A DNA stretch of 64,000 bases, taken from positions 38 to 64,037 of the forward strand of contig JANOEA010000377.1 of the NCBI GenBank assembly GCA_031412975.1, written 5' to 3'. The DNA comes from Pseudomonadota bacterium. Its GTDB lineage: Bacteria; Pseudomonadota; Gammaproteobacteria; Xanthomonadales; Ahniellaceae. The notes beneath the pieces were generated by a model that worked only from the letters and a program-made list of their open reading frames with translations, had not been told where the DNA came from and made no database searches. Made by a program: the position numbers and the translations under genes. The first letter of the stretch is position 1; each line of letters begins with the position of its first letter. Shown piece by piece: positions 21,246 through 35,550 of this stretch.

Positions 21246-23459
21246 ATGTCGCCCGCCGCCGCCGCACAGCAATTCGAAATCGGCCTGTCGCTGCATCGCG
21301 AGGGACGCGTTGGTCTCGCGCAGAGCCACTACCTGCGCGCCGTGAAGCTCGATCCGCAGCACGCCGATGCCTGGCACCTGCTCGGCGTGATCGCATTCCA
21401 GGACGGTTTGTCGTCGAAGGCGATCAAGCACTACCGGCAGGCACTGGCGGTGCGGCCGCGTTTTGCGCAGGCGTGGAACAACCTCGCGCTGGCGCTGAAG
21501 GCCCAGGGTGATGCAGCCGGTGCGACCGATGCATTCGCGCAGGCCCTCGCGGTGCGGCCCGAGTACGTCGAGGCTGCGTACAACCTCGGCCTTCTGCACG
21601 CGCAGGCCAGCGATGCGCAGGCTGCGGAACGCGCGTGGCTGCAGGCCTTGCAGTGGCAGCCCGGGCATGTGCCGACGTTGACCAACCTGGGCAATCTGCT
21701 GCGTGCACAACAGCGGCTCGCGCAGGCCGCGTTGTTGCTCGAACGCGCGCACGATGAGGCGCCGGATGCCGACACCGCGATCAACCTCGGCCTGTTGATG
21801 ATCGACCGCGGCGAGTGGCAACGTGCGCGTGCGCTGGCGGCGGTCGCGCTGGCCGCGGAGCCCGGGTCCGCCGACGCCCTGGAACTGGAGGGCACGGCCG
21901 CGCGACTCGGCGACGAGATCGACGCGTCGCTGGCGGCACTCTCGCAGGCCGTCGCGATCGACCCCGCGCGTGGTGGCGCCTGGTTCGAGCTCGGACTTGC
22001 GCGCAATTCGGCGGGCGACTGGCGCGGCGCGCGCGATGCGTTCGCACAGTCGCGCACGCGGCGCCTGGATTCTGCTCGCCTGCGCTGGGCCGAAGCACTC
22101 GCGCTGCCGGCACTGCCCGATGGCGAGTCCGAGATCGACGCAGCACTCGCGAGCTTCGGAAGCGGTGTCGAGCGGCTGCTCGCGGCGCTTCCCGCGTTGG
22201 GTTCCGCGGCCGCCAGCGAAGCGCTGGACGCAGCGGCCAGCGTGGTGAGCTTCAACCTGCACAACCTGCCGCACGATACGACGGCACTGCAGTCGCGCTT
22301 CGGCGACCTGCTGGGTGCGACCGTCGCGCGAGCGCTGCCGGCCCTGGCCGCAGCACCCGAATGGCGCGCGCTTGCGCACGGCGGGCGGATCCGGGTCGGC
22401 TTCGTGAGCGCATACTGGTCGCGCCACACGGTATCGCGCTACTTCGGCGATCTGGTGGTCGCGCTGGACCCGCAGCGCTACGAGCGCCACGTCTGGCACA
22501 CCGGCGCGCTGCACGATGCACACAGCAGTGCGCTCGCAGCGCAAGTCGAACATTTCGCGCAGACCGATGCGGCATTGCCCGCACTGGCCGCGCAGATCCG
22601 TGCCGCGCAGCTCGACGTGCTGGTGTTCCCCGACATCGGCATGGACCCGCGCCAGCAGGTACTCGCCGCGTTGCGGCTCGCACCACGCCAGCTGCTGCTC
22701 TACGGGCATCCGGTGACCAGTGGCCTCGCCAGCATGGATGTTTTCGCCGGGGCGCAGGCCTTCGAGCCGATCGGTGGCGACGCGCATTATCGCGAACGCC
22801 TGCACCGGCTGCCGGGCATCGGCGCGGCACCGCGCCGATGGGACACGCCGCCGCAGGGCGCCTGGTTCGATGCAGTGCGCGGCGCGCAACCCAGCCTGCT
22901 CTGCGCTCAGAGTCTTTCGAAGTGCACGCCGGCGTTCGACCGGCTGCTGGCGGAGATACTCGCACGCAGCAATGCGCGTCTGTACCTGTTCGATCGCGAA
23001 GGGCCGCTGAGTCGGCGCTATCTCGAGCGACTCGGTCGCGCGGCGGCAGTGCACGGTGTCGACGTGTCCGCGCGCGTTGCGCTGCTCGGCGCCCGACCTT
23101 ATGCGGAGTTTTTGGGCGCGCTGCAGGGCGCCGATCTGGTGCTCGACACGCCATGGTTTTCCGGTGGCAGCACCAGTCTCGATGCGATCGCCCTGGGGGC
23201 GCCGGTACTTAGCCTGCGCGCGCCGATGGCGCGCGGTCGGCAGACTGCCGGGATGCTGGATCTGCTGGGTGTCGAGGGGCTGGTAGTCGATGATTCAGCG
23301 GGGTACGTCGCGCGCGCAGTGCAGCTGCTCGGCGCGGCCGACGAGCGGGCCGAGCTGGGGCGACGGCTGCGCGCTGCAGCGCCGATCCTGTTCGAGGCCA
23401 GCGCCACCCATGCGGCGTTTGCAGGCCTGATCGAGCAGCTCGCATCCGAAGGTCGCTGA
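21246..23459 (+). CDS. TPR-repeat protein with a C-terminal SPINDLY/OGT-like (GT41) glycosyltransferase domain
   Basis: The N-terminal half is made of repeated A..Y..AL...P....A TPR units. The C-terminal about 350 aa resembles O-GlcNAc-transferase-like proteins common in Xanthomonadales. Confidence 0.75.
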   Translation: MSPAAAAQQFEIGLSLHREGRVGLAQSHYLRAVKLDPQHADAWHLLGVIAFQDGLSSKAIKHYRQALAVRPRFAQAWNNLALALKAQGDAAGATDAFAQALAVRPEYVEAAYNLGLLHAQASDAQAAERAWLQALQWQPGHVPTLTNLGNLLRAQQRLAQAALLLERAHDEAPDADTAINLGLLMIDRGEWQRARALAAVALAAEPGSADALELEGTAARLGDEIDASLAALSQAVAIDPARGGAWFELGLARNSAGDWRGARDAFAQSRTRRLDSARLRWAEALALPALPDGESEIDAALASFGSGVERLLAALPALGSAAASEALDAAASVVSFNLHNLPHDTTALQSRFGDLLGATVARALPALAAAPEWRALAHGGRIRVGFVSAYWSRHTVSRYFGDLVVALDPQRYERHVWHTGALHDAHSSALAAQVEHFAQTDAALPALAAQIRAAQLDVLVFPDIGMDPRQQVLAALRLAPRQLLLYGHPVTSGLASMDVFAGAQAFEPIGGDAHYRERLHRLPGIGAAPRRWDTPPQGAWFDAVRGAQPSLLCAQSLSKCTPAFDRLLAEILARSNARLYLFDREGPLSRRYLERLGRAAAVHGVDVSARVALLGARPYAEFLGALQGADLVLDTPWFSGGSTSLDAIALGAPVLSLRAPMARGRQTAGMLDLLGVEGLVVDDSAGYVARAVQLLGAADERAELGRRLRAAAPILFEASATHAAFAGLIEQLASEGR

Positions 23460-23486
23460 GGATGTGCTGCAGTCTCCGGTCGGGAG

Positions 23487-26063
23487 CTACACCAGCGCCT
23501 TGAGGCGATACAGCAGCGCGAGCGCATCGCGCGGGCTCAGGGCGTCCGGATCGATGCCGCGCAGTTCGCTGATTGCCGGTGGCTCGGTGTCGAACAGGCC
23601 CATCTGCGGCGTTGGCGTCTCGCCGCGCGCAGGGGTCTGCCCGATTGCAGGCGCGGGGCCGCGCTGCAACTCATCGAGGAACCCGCGCGCCTGCGCGATC
23701 ACGCCGCGTGGCACGCCGGCCAAGGCGGCGACCTGCAGGCCGAAGCTGCGATCGGCCGGTCCGTCCTTGACCGCATGCAGGAACACCAGCGTATCGCCGT
23801 GCTCGACCGCATCCAGATGCACGTTGGCCACGCCGTCGACCTGCGCCGCGAGGGCGGTCAGTTCGAAGTAGTGGGTCGCGAACAGGGTCCACGACTGGTT
23901 GCTGGTGGCCAGGTGGATCGCGGCTGCCTTGGCCAGTGCGAGCCCATCGTAGGTGCTGGTGCCGCGCCCGACCTCGTCCATCAGCACCAGGCTGCGTGGC
24001 GTCGCGTTGTGCAGGATGTTGGCGGTCTCGGCCATCTCGACCATGAAGGTCGAGGCACCGCGTGCGAGATCGTCGCCGGCGCCGATGCGGGTGAAGATGC
24101 GGTCGATCGGCCCGATCAGCGCCTCGTCGGCGGGCACCCAGCTGCCCACATGCGCGAGCAGCACGATCAACGCGGCCTGGCGCATGTAGGTGCTCTTGCC
24201 GCCCATGTTGGGGCCGGTGATCACCAGCATGCGGCGGCTCGGGTCGAGCTGCAGATCGTTCGGCTCGAACGGTTCCTCGCGTAGCGATTCGACCACCGGA
24301 TGGCGGCCGCGACGGATCGCGATCACCGGCTCGTCGACCAACTGTGCCGGCGACCAGCGCAGGCTCTGCGCGCGCTCGGCCAGGCACGCCAGCACGTCGA
24401 TCTCGGCCAGTGCTGCGGCGCAATCGCGCAGCGCAGCCAGGCCGGCGTTCAAGCTGTCCAGAAGCGCCTCGTACAGCGCGCGTTCGCGCATCAGCGAGCG
24501 TTCGCGTGCCGACAGCACCTTGTCCTCGAACTGCTTGAGCTCTTCGGTGATGTAGCGCTCGGCGCCCTTGATGGTCTGCCGGCGGGTGTATTCGGGTGGC
24601 ACCTTGTCCGCGTGGCTGCGACCGAGCTCGATGTAGTAGCCATGCACGCGGTTGTAGCCGACCTTCAGGGTGCCGATTCCAGTGCGCTCGCGCTCGCGGG
24701 ATTCCAGTGCCAGCAGGAAGCTGTCGGCGTCGGTCGACAGCAGGCGCAGCTCGTCGAGTTCAGGGTCATGGCCGTTCGCGATCGCGCCACCCTCGCGCAG
24801 CAGCGCGGGTGGATGCTCGACCAGCGCACCGCCGAGCAGCGTCGCCGCTTCGCCGTGTTCGCCCAATCCCGTCGCGAGGCTGGACAGGCGTGGACTGTCG
24901 ACCGCGGCCAGGCATTGCCCGATATGCGGCAGCGCCTGCAGTGCATCGCGCAGTGTCGACAGATCGCGCGGGCGCGCCGAACGCAGCGCTACGCGGGCCA
25001 GGATCCTTTCCACGTCGCCGAGGCGCTGGAAAGACGCTTGCAGTTCGGCCACCGCACCGGCGTCCAGCAATGCACCGATCGCCTGCGAGCGCTCGGCCAC
25101 CACCCGACGCTGGCGCAACGGCCGGTTCAGCCAGCGTCGCAGCAGGCGGCTGCCCATCGGCGTGACCGCACGATCGATGATGCCCGCCAGCGTCGCGCGC
25201 TGGTCGCCCGACGCATGCGTGTCGATTTCGAGGTTGCGCCGGGTGACCGCATCCATCGCAACGCTGTCGCCGGCGAGTTCGGTGTTCAGGCCCGACAGGT
25301 GGGGCAGGGCGTTGCGCTGGGTGTCCTTGAGGTATTGCAGCAGGGCGCCTGCGGCAGCGATCGCGACGTGATCGGCCGCCACGCCGAAGCCGAGCAGGTT
25401 ACGGGTGCCGAAGAATGCGGTCAGCGCGCGTTGCGCGCTGTCGGCTTCGAAGTGCCACGGTGGGCGGCGACGCAAGCCGCCAAGGCCCTCCAGCGCGGCA
25501 ACGCTCCCGAGATCTTCAGCCACCAGGGTTTCTGCGGGTCGCAGGCGCGCGAGCTCCGCGGCCAATGCCGGTTCATCGTCGAGTTCGCATAGCACGAAGC
25601 GCCCGCTGGTGACATCGACCCACGCGAGTCCGAAACGCCCGGCGCGGCGCACCAACGCAAGCAGCAGATTGTCGCGGCGCTCATCGAGCAGCGATTCTTC
25701 GGTCACCGTGCCCGGCGTCACGATGCGCACGATCTTGCGCTCGACCAGGCCCTTGGCAGAGGCCGGATCGCCGATCTGCTCGCAGATCGCGACCGATTCG
25801 CCGAGGCGCAGCAGCCGCGCGAGGTATGCATCGAGCTGGTGCTGCGGCACGCCGGCCATCGGGATCGGCGCGCCCGCCGACTGCCCGCGCTGGGTCAGGG
25901 TGATGTCGAGCAGCTGCGCTGCCTTGCGCGCATCGTCGTAGAACAGCTCGTAGAAATCGCCCATCCGGAACAGCATCAGGGTGTCCGGCACCTCGGCCTT
26001 GGCGCGCAGGTACTGCCGCATCAACGGCGTATGCTCGGCGAACGGGTCGTTGGGATGATTCAT
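23487..26063 (-). CDS. mutS: DNA mismatch repair protein MutS
   Basis: ORF 23487..26258 trimmed to [19 protein letters not shown] (ATG 26063). GDFYELF is present, with Walker [10 protein letters not shown]. Confidence 0.95.
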   Translation of the reverse strand: MNHPNDPFAEHTPLMRQYLRAKAEVPDTLMLFRMGDFYELFYDDARKAAQLLDITLTQRGQSAGAPIPMAGVPQHQLDAYLARLLRLGESVAICEQIGDPASAKGLVERKIVRIVTPGTVTEESLLDERRDNLLLALVRRAGRFGLAWVDVTSGRFVLCELDDEPALAAELARLRPAETLVAEDLGSVAALEGLGGLRRRPPWHFEADSAQRALTAFFGTRNLLGFGVAADHVAIAAAGALLQYLKDTQRNALPHLSGLNTELAGDSVAMDAVTRRNLEIDTHASGDQRATLAGIIDRAVTPMGSRLLRRWLNRPLRQRRVVAERSQAIGALLDAGAVAELQASFQRLGDVERILARVALRSARPRDLSTLRDALQALPHIGQCLAAVDSPRLSSLATGLGEHGEAATLLGGALVEHPPALLREGGAIANGHDPELDELRLLSTDADSFLLALESRERERTGIGTLKVGYNRVHGYYIELGRSHADKVPPEYTRRQTIKGAERYITEELKQFEDKVLSARERSLMRERALYEALLDSLNAGLAALRDCAAALAEIDVLACLAERAQSLRWSPAQLVDEPVIAIRRGRHPVVESLREEPFEPNDLQLDPSRRMLVITGPNMGGKSTYMRQAALIVLLAHVGSWVPADEALIGPIDRIFTRIGAGDDLARGASTFMVEMAETANILHNATPRSLVLMDEVGRGTSTYDGLALAKAAAIHLATSNQSWTLFATHYFELTALAAQVDGVANVHLDAVEHGDTLVFLHAVKDGPADRSFGLQVAALAGVPRGVIAQARGFLDELQRGPAPAIGQTPARGETPTPQMGLFDTEPPAISELRGIDPDALSPRDALALLYRLKALV

Positions 26064-26121
26064 CTGGACGCCGCCCGCGTGCTGGGCTAAAAGGTTCGGC
26101 TTTATAGGATGCACTGCAGAT

Positions 26122-26631
26122 ATGCTCAAGTCCGAGGTGCCTGACGATGCAGGATTGCACGCGCTCGCCGAAGATGTCGGCGCGCGACTGTCGCGCAGCG
26201 GGCAGACGCTGGTGACGGCCGAGTCGTGCACCGGCGGCTGGATCGCCAAGACCATCACCGATATCCCCGGCTGTTCAGGCTGGTTCGACAGTGGGCTGGC
26301 CGCATACAGCTACGAGGCCAAGCAGGCCTTGCTCGGCGTGCGCGCGGAGACCCTGATCCGGCATGGTGCGGTGAGTGAGGAAACCGTGCTGGAGATGGTG
26401 TCGGGTGCGCTGATCCACTCCGGAGCCGGGGTGGCGGTGGCGGTGACCGGGATCGCCGGGCCCAGCGGTGGCACGCCGGACAAGCCATTGGGCACGGTCT
26501 GGATCGCCTGGAAGCGGCGCGGTGGTTACCCGAGCATGCAGCGTTTCCAGTTCGACGGCGACCGCGATGCGGTGCGCCGGCGCACGGTGGCGGCCGCGTT
26601 GCACGGTCTTCAGAAAATTCTTACGTCCTGA
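26122..26631 (+). CDS. pncC: CinA-family nicotinamide-nucleotide amidohydrolase (PncC domain)
   Basis: [12 protein letters not shown] and GIAGPSGGT motifs. It lies upstream of recA. Confidence 0.85.
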   Translation: MLKSEVPDDAGLHALAEDVGARLSRSGQTLVTAESCTGGWIAKTITDIPGCSGWFDSGLAAYSYEAKQALLGVRAETLIRHGAVSEETVLEMVSGALIHSGAGVAVAVTGIAGPSGGTPDKPLGTVWIAWKRRGGYPSMQRFQFDGDRDAVRRRTVAAALHGLQKILTS

Positions 26632-26751
26632 CGCGGCGATTTCCTCTGGCCGGGCGTGCCGGGTGTGGGATAATTCGGCTGCATCGCACGCGCTGAGACG
26701 GCCGCAGCCGATAAGTGCGGCCCAGCCAATCAATCCCTTCGAGGAATCACT

Positions 26752-27780
26752 ATGGACGACAACAAGCGCCGCGCCCTGACTTCCGCCCTGAGCCAGATCG
26801 AAAAGCAGTTCGGCAAGGGCACCGTGATGCGGATGGGCGACAAGGTCAACGAAGCCATCGAGGTGATCTCGACCGGCTCGCTGGGCCTCGATATCGCGCT
26901 CGGCATCGGCGGCGTGCCGCGCGGCCGGGTGGTCGAGATCTACGGTCCGGAATCCTCCGGCAAGACCACGCTCACACTGCAGATCATTGCCAACTGCCAG
27001 CGCAACGGCGGCACTGCGGCCTTCGTCGATGCCGAACACGCGCTCGATCCCACCTATGCCGAGAAGCTCGGGGTGAAGGTCGACGACCTGCTGGTCTCGC
27101 AGCCGGACACCGGCGAGCAGGCGCTCGAGATCACCGACATGCTGGTGCGCTCCGGTGCGGTCGACGTGGTGGTGGTCGACTCGGTCGCCGCACTCACGCC
27201 GAAGGCCGAAATCGAGGGCGAGATGGGCGACAGCCACGTAGGCCTGCACGCGCGCCTGATGAGCCAGGCCCTGCGCAAGCTGACCGCCAACATCAAGAAG
27301 TCCAACTGCACGGTGATCTTCATCAACCAGATCCGGATGAAGATCGGCGTGATGTTCGGCAGTCCCGAGACCACCACCGGCGGCAACGCGCTGAAGTTCT
27401 ACGCCTCGGTGCGCCTGGACATCCGCCGCATCGGCTCGGTCAAGCGCGGCGACGAGGTGATCGGCTCGGAGACCCGGGTCAAGGTGGTCAAGAACAAGCT
27501 CGCGCCGCCGTTCCGCGTCGCCGACTTCGAGATCCTCTACGGCGAAGGCGCCTCGCGCGAGGGCGAGATCATCGAACTGGGCGTGCTGCACAACCTGGTC
27601 GAGAAGTCCGGTGCCTGGTACAGCTACTCGGGCGATCGCATCGGGCAGGGCAAGGACAACACGCGCCTGTTCCTGAAGGAACACCCCGAGATCACCCGCG
27701 AGATCGAGGACAAGATCCGCGCCAAGCTGGTCAACGCCAAGCTCGGTGCCGCGCCGGTCGTCGAGGCCGAAGAAGCGTGA
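26752..27780 (+). CDS. recA: Recombinase RecA
   Basis: [12 protein letters not shown], Walker [10 protein letters not shown], and loop motifs. Confidence 0.97.
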   Translation: MDDNKRRALTSALSQIEKQFGKGTVMRMGDKVNEAIEVISTGSLGLDIALGIGGVPRGRVVEIYGPESSGKTTLTLQIIANCQRNGGTAAFVDAEHALDPTYAEKLGVKVDDLLVSQPDTGEQALEITDMLVRSGAVDVVVVDSVAALTPKAEIEGEMGDSHVGLHARLMSQALRKLTANIKKSNCTVIFINQIRMKIGVMFGSPETTTGGNALKFYASVRLDIRRIGSVKRGDEVIGSETRVKVVKNKLAPPFRVADFEILYGEGASREGEIIELGVLHNLVEKSGAWYSYSGDRIGQGKDNTRLFLKEHPEITREIEDKIRAKLVNAKLGAAPVVEAEEA

Positions 27781-27785
27781 GCCGG

Positions 27786-28265
27786 ATGCGCCGGAAGGAC
27801 TCCGGCGCTGATCCGCCCGGTGCGCGCGACACCGCACTCGGGCTGCTGTCGCGGCGTGAACACTCGCGCCGCGATCTAAAGCGCAAGCTGACCTCGCGCG
27901 GCATCGACGCCGAGGCCGCCGACGACGCGATAGAACAGCTCCAGCGCGACAGCTTCCAGAGCGACGAGCGCTTTGCCGAAGCGCTGGTGCGCCATCGGGC
28001 GGGTTCGGGCTACGGCCCGCGCCACATCCTTTCCGAGCTGGGCAGCCATGGCATCGCGGCGGCGACCGTGCGCCCGCTGCTCGACGAGCACGACTGGGAC
28101 GCCATCGCGCAGGCCCTGGTGCTGCGCAAGAAATCGTCCGGGATCGACCCGGAAACCCTGCGCCGCAGGCTGCTGGGCATGCTCCAGCGGCGCGGCTTCG
28201 AGAGCGACAGCGTGCGGCGCGCGATGGCGGCACTCAAGGCTCGCCCGGCTGCGGACGACGAGTGA
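27786..28265 (+). CDS. recX: RecA regulator RecX
   Basis: [19 protein letters not shown] three-helix repeats. ATG lies 5 nt after the recA stop. Confidence 0.9.
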   Translation: MRRKDSGADPPGARDTALGLLSRREHSRRDLKRKLTSRGIDAEAADDAIEQLQRDSFQSDERFAEALVRHRAGSGYGPRHILSELGSHGIAAATVRPLLDEHDWDAIAQALVLRKKSSGIDPETLRRRLLGMLQRRGFESDSVRRAMAALKARPAADDE

Positions 28266-28355
28266 GGGCAAAACCCGCCGCCAGCACCTTGTGCACTGCA
28301 GCGCGGATCGCATAATCGGGATATCCTTGACGGTTCATCCCTACGGTCCAGCGTC

Positions 28356-30989
<2,634 letters not shown>

Positions 30990-31334
30990 ACGATCCGTGC
31001 GTGTTGGCACAGTCAACTGGCACGGGGCGCGAGCGTCTGGTCGCCTCGTTCCGCCGGAACTGACCCTCTCGCTGCGGAGTGCTCGGGACGGCGTCGGAAC
31101 CTGAATCGATGCACGGCGCATGCCTGTTCGCGTCGAACAGTGAAATTTTCGTGCTAGACGAAAGTGCGTACCAATTTCGTTGCACCGAACGCCACGTCGG
31201 GACTACCATCGCATTTTGGTCACGAGCGCTCGCAAGGGATGTTCGGAGCGCTGGTCAGGTCGGCGCGCTGGGCCGCATCACGGTGCAAATCTCCTGCGCA
31301 ACGCAAGGGCCGATGCCACGAGGAACCATAAGAA

Positions 31335-31541
31335 ATGCTCATTCTGACCCGTCGGGTTGGCGAAACTCTCATGATCGGCGACAACGTCACGGTCACTGTG
31401 CTCGGCGTGAAAGGCAACCAGGTCCGGATCGGCATCAATGCCCCCAAAGACCTGTCGGTGCACCGCGAAGAGATCTACCAGCGGATCAAGCGCGAGCAGG
31501 AAGCGGGCATTGCGCCGCGCGAGCCGTCCGGAACCGACTGA
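31335..31541 (+). CDS. csrA: Carbon storage regulator CsrA/RsmA
   Basis: [38 protein letters not shown] is canonical. Confidence 0.95.
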   Translation: MLILTRRVGETLMIGDNVTVTVLGVKGNQVRIGINAPKDLSVHREEIYQRIKREQEAGIAPREPSGTD

Positions 31542-31693
31542 CCTCGCCGTTTACGGCCTGCGCGCCAGGCGCTATCCTCCCCGTCCGCCAGAATTTGCCG
31601 GCCTCCAGGCAGTGCCTGGTGGGTCGACCGGCTCAGGATGCGGGTGGGGAAGCGCACCGCGGGTCGGCCGAGTGCGGCGCTGCAGCGAGTAAC

Positions 31694-31786
31694 GGAGAGA
31701 TGCCCGAGTGGCCGAAGGGGCTCCCCTGCTAAGGGAGTATAGGGTTAAAAGCTCTATCGAGGGTTCGAATCCCTCTCTCTCCGCCA
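31694..31786 (+). tRNA. tRNA-Ser (anticodon GCT)
   Basis: Hand-folded cloverleaf with a long variable arm, anticodon loop CTGCTAA and an encoded CCA. Confidence 0.9.
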
Positions 31787-32091
31787 GTTGCAAGTGCGGT
31801 TACCGACCGGCTCCAGCGTCGTGTGCTTCGACAGTACTTCGGCACACTCGTAAACGAAATCGACCGGCCTTCTGCAGGAGCGCGCCCTGTGTGCGACCGT
31901 GCGCATCGACCCTGCCGTGCATCGCGTCGCTGCGGTCGCGCGCGCGGCGTGCTCCTACGGGAAGTCGGCCAGGCTGATGTACTGGCTGCCCGGCGGCGAT
32001 CGATTCCGTCCCGATGCGCGGGACGCGACAGGCGCCAAATCCTGCGCTCCGCTTCGGCGAGCCGTCAGGGCAGCAACCGGCCACGATCAGG

Positions 32092-32120
32092 TTGACGATC
32101 GCATGAACGGTCGCCATACT
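32092..32120 (+). promoter_or_regulatory. Candidate sigma70 promoter of the tRNA operon (TTGACG-17 nt-CATACT)
   Basis: The -10 ends 11 nt before the first nucleotide of tRNA-Arg. Confidence 0.5.
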
Positions 32121-32131
32121 TTCCGTTCTAC

Positions 32132-32208
32132 GCGCCCGTAGCTCAGTTGGATAGAGTACCAGGCTACGAACTTGGTGGTCGGGAGTTCGAATCTCTCCGG
32201 GCGCGCCA
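32132..32208 (+). tRNA. tRNA-Arg (anticodon ACG)
   Basis: 77 nt, acceptor GCGCCCG/CGGGCGC, anticodon loop CTACGAA, encoded CCA. Confidence 0.9.
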
Positions 32209-32357
32209 GTTGTCCGGAAAGGGTGCTTCGGCGCCCTTTTCGTTTTGCGGGGCAGGCGTGCGATTGCGAAGGCCCGCGATTGACGCTCCCGGCGCTGGTC
32301 CGTACCATGCGCCACCCTGCTCGCGACGCGATCACGAGCCTGGAAGCGGCAATTTCG

Positions 32358-32434
<77 letters not shown>

Positions 32435-32565
32435 TGCATCCGCTGTCCTGCAGCCGGGGTGGGATGCACGCGGTTCGGTCGAAGGTTGGACGTGGTAGCG
32501 ACAGCCGGGTGTTTGCAGTCCGGACGCAGAGGATCGATGCGGTGTCCGGTGCGGGTGATTCGAGA

Positions 32566-32642
32566 GCGCCCGTAGCTCAACCGGATAGAGCATCGGCCTT
32601 CTAAGCCGACGGTTGCAGGTTCGATTCCTGTCGGGCGCGCCA
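32566..32642 (+). tRNA. tRNA-Arg (anticodon TCT)
   Basis: 77 nt, anticodon stem TCGGC/GCCGA, loop CTTCTAA. Confidence 0.9.
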
Positions 32643-32693
32643 GCTTCAAGCGGTTGAGACGAGCTTTTGAAAGACTGAACTCGACAAGATCAT

Positions 32694-32771
<78 letters not shown>

Positions 32772-32787
32772 GTCGTCGCGTCATCGT

Positions 32788-32863
32788 GGGCCGTTAGCTC
32801 AATTGGTAGAGCAGCGGACTCTTAATCCGTAGGTTTCAGGTTCAAGTCCTGAACGGCCCACCA
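32788..32863 (+). tRNA. tRNA-Lys (anticodon CTT)
   Basis: 76 nt, acceptor GGGCCGT/ACGGCCC, anticodon loop CTCTTAA. Confidence 0.9.
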
Positions 32864-32930
32864 ATTCGCACCCAGAGACAATCCCTGACAGCGCGCACCA
32901 GTGGCGTCGTGGCGCAGTCCATATCCAACG

Positions 32931-33236
32931 CCGAAGGCGCCTCAATGGCGCCTTCGACGTTCGCTCTGCACACCCTCTCCCGTCTCCCGCTGCAGCACTT
33001 AAGCCAGCCGTCCCAGCACCCCATCACCAAAGCCGAACCCGCCTCAACGGCGCCTTCCGCGTTCGCTCTTGGCACCCTCGCACGCCCCCGCTGCACAATT
33101 TCCGCCAGCCGTGCCAGCAACCCCCTGACCAAAGCCGAAGGCGCCTCAATGGCGCCTTCCGCGTTCGCTCTGCCCACCCTCTCACGCCGCCGCTGCCCAA
33201 TTTCCGCCAGCCGTGCCCGCACCCCCATACGAAGCC
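32931..33236 (+). repeat. Three diverged head-to-tail 102-bp tandem repeats, each with a 9-bp-stem hairpin
   Basis: Units at 32931..33032, 33033..33134 and 33135..33236. Units 1 and 3 share an identical first 25 nt, CCGAAGGCGCCTCAATGGCGCCTTC. Blocks CGTTCGCTCT, CACCCTC, CCCGCTGC and GCCAGCCGT are shared, and units 1 and 2 end in ACCAAAG. Confidence 0.9.
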
Positions 33237-33294
33237 AAAGCCAGCCGCGACAGCCCCCACCCGCTCAGCTATCATTCGCGACCCGCTCCACCCG

Positions 33295-33379
33295 GCGAAA
33301 GTGGCGAAACTGGTAGACGCGCTGGATTTAGGTTCCAGTGGGGAAACCCTTGAGAGTTCGAGTCTCTCCTTTCGCACCA
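33295..33379 (+). tRNA. tRNA-Leu (anticodon TAG)
   Basis: 85 nt, long variable arm, anticodon loop TTTAGGT, acceptor GCGAAAG/CTTTCGC. Confidence 0.9.
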
Positions 33380-33438
33380 GATCCATTGTGCCCCGGCGCC
33401 CGCATCGCGTCGGGTTCGGCTGTCCTGAAGGAGTTTCC

Positions 33439-34734
33439 ATGCAAGTCTCGCTTGAAAATGTCGGCAAGCTCGAGCGCAAGCTGACCGTCCGCTTCCCGGC
33501 CGACCAGGTCGAATCGCGCGTGCGCGCGCGGATCCAGGAACTCGGTCGCACGGTGCGCATCAAGGGCTTCCGGCCCGGCAAGGTTCCCGCGCGCGTGCTC
33601 GAGCAGCGCTACGGCGCGCAGGTGCGCAACGAGGCGATGTCGGAAGCGATCTCCAGCTCGTACCAGGAAGCGCTGCGCCAGCAGAACCTGCGTCCGGCCG
33701 TTTCGCCGTCGATCAGCGCGCGCTCGGCCGATGACAACCAGATCGAGTACACGGCGGTGTTCGAGGTGGTTCCCGAGCTGCCGCAGGTCGACGTGTCCGC
33801 GCTTGCGATCACGCGCACGGTGTCGGCGGTCGAGGACGCCGATGTCGATCGCATGATCGATACCCTGCGCCAGCAGCGCCGCCAGTGGGAGGTCGTCGAG
33901 CGGCCGGCCGCCGCGGGCGACATGGTGCTGTTCGAGTTCAGTGCGTTGGCCGATGGGCAGCGCTTTCCGGCCGAAGGCGCCGAGCGCGCCGGCACCATCC
34001 TCGGCAGCGGCGCTCTGTTTTCCGAATTCGAAGCATTGCTCGAGGGGACCACCGCCGGCGACAGCCGCAGCGGCCCGGTACAGTTCCCGGCGAGCTTCCG
34101 CGAGCCGAGCATGGCCGGCAAGCAGGCTGCGGTCGAGGTCAAGGTCATCCGCGTGCAGGAGTCGAAGCTGCCGCCGGTCGACGACGCCTTCGTCGCCAGC
34201 TTCGGCGTGCGCGAGGGCGGTATCGAGCGTTTCCGCGGCGACGTGCGCGCCAACCTCGAGCGCGAACTGGACGCCGCGGTTCGCGGTCGCACCAAGGCCG
34301 ATGCGGTGGGCAAGCTGCTGGCCGCGTATGCCGATCTCGAGGTGCCGCGTGGCCTGGTCGACAGCGAGGCCAAGGCACTGCTGGCCCAGGCGCAGCAGAA
34401 CGCGCAGCGCGCCGGACTGCAGCCGCCCGCCGACCTCAGCCTGTTCCTGCGCGATGCCGAAAGCCGCGTGCGTGCATTCATCCTGCTCACCGAGATCGCC
34501 CGCCAGAACGCGATCGTGCCCGATGGCAAGCGGGTCAACCAGATGCTCGCCACCATCGCGTCGACCTACGAGGAGCCCGAGAAGGTCGTCGAGATGTATG
34601 CGCGCGATGCCGAACTGATGTCGTCGCTGCGCAATCGCGTGGTCGAGGACCAGGTGGTCGACTGGGTGGTGGAGCACGGCAAGGTGACGGAGCAGCACCT
34701 GAGCTTCGCCGAACTGATGCAGCCGCCGGCCTGA
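33439..34734 (+). CDS. tig: Trigger factor
   Basis: [17 protein letters not shown]... and GFRPGKVP, the ribosome-binding signature. ATG preceded by GAAGGAG. Confidence 0.95.
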   Translation: MQVSLENVGKLERKLTVRFPADQVESRVRARIQELGRTVRIKGFRPGKVPARVLEQRYGAQVRNEAMSEAISSSYQEALRQQNLRPAVSPSISARSADDNQIEYTAVFEVVPELPQVDVSALAITRTVSAVEDADVDRMIDTLRQQRRQWEVVERPAAAGDMVLFEFSALADGQRFPAEGAERAGTILGSGALFSEFEALLEGTTAGDSRSGPVQFPASFREPSMAGKQAAVEVKVIRVQESKLPPVDDAFVASFGVREGGIERFRGDVRANLERELDAAVRGRTKADAVGKLLAAYADLEVPRGLVDSEAKALLAQAQQNAQRAGLQPPADLSLFLRDAESRVRAFILLTEIARQNAIVPDGKRVNQMLATIASTYEEPEKVVEMYARDAELMSSLRNRVVEDQVVDWVVEHGKVTEQHLSFAELMQPPA

Positions 34735-34739
34735 CCGCA

Positions 34740-34767
34740 CTTGAATCGCGCGCAAGCGCCGCCATCT
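34740..34767 (+). promoter_or_regulatory. Candidate sigma32 promoter of clpP
   Basis: CTTGAAT, a 13-nt spacer, then CGCCATCT, compared with CTTGAAA-N13-15-CCCCATnT. It ends 27 nt before the clpP ATG. Confidence 0.5.
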
Positions 34768-34793
34768 CCAGCGCACGTCCCGAAGGATCTTCC

Positions 34794-35411
<618 letters not shown>

Positions 35412-35550
35412 TCACGCCGACACCATTGTCTTCACATCCGGCTGCGCGGCCTCCGGAGTCGGCGGTCGCGCTCGATTTCTGCTGTGTTATTCTCGCGCCA
35501 CGGGTGCTGCCGTGGCGGGCACCATTACGCGTTGAGGCGAGCACCAAGAC

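Noticed and set aside
18813-23054. 1413-aa ORF on the minus strand
   Set aside because: It runs antisense to four well-supported plus-strand genes (tyrA, BASS transporter, hslR, TPR/OGT). Its Arg/Ala/Gly/Gln-rich, low-complexity composition is typical of shadow ORFs in high-GC DNA.
26632-26751. Search for an SOS (LexA) box upstream of recA
   Set aside because: I found no TTAG...CTAA-type (Xanthomonadales) or CTGT-N8-ACAG (E. coli-type) palindrome by eye. Only a weak CGGCTGC...GCAGCCG inverted repeat is present. Absence cannot be asserted without a PWM scan.
30990-31334. 345-bp csrA upstream region as a possible sRNA or extra gene
   Set aside because: It contains small inverted repeats (TTCGTGCTAGACGAA) and GGA motifs near the RBS, consistent with a long autoregulated csrA leader. 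Nothing separable as a distinct feature could be supported by eye.
32931-33236. Possible CRISPR array
   Set aside because: The repeats are contiguous 102-bp units with no unique spacers, and no cas genes are present. This is a tandem repeat, not a CRISPR.
32909-33316. 135-aa plus-strand ORF (and minus-strand ORFs 32842..33228 and 33024..33581) running through the 102-bp repeats
   Set aside because: The frames are open only because the repeat period is a multiple of 3. The ORF runs into tRNA-Leu, has no RBS, and the repeated peptide has no protein-like features.
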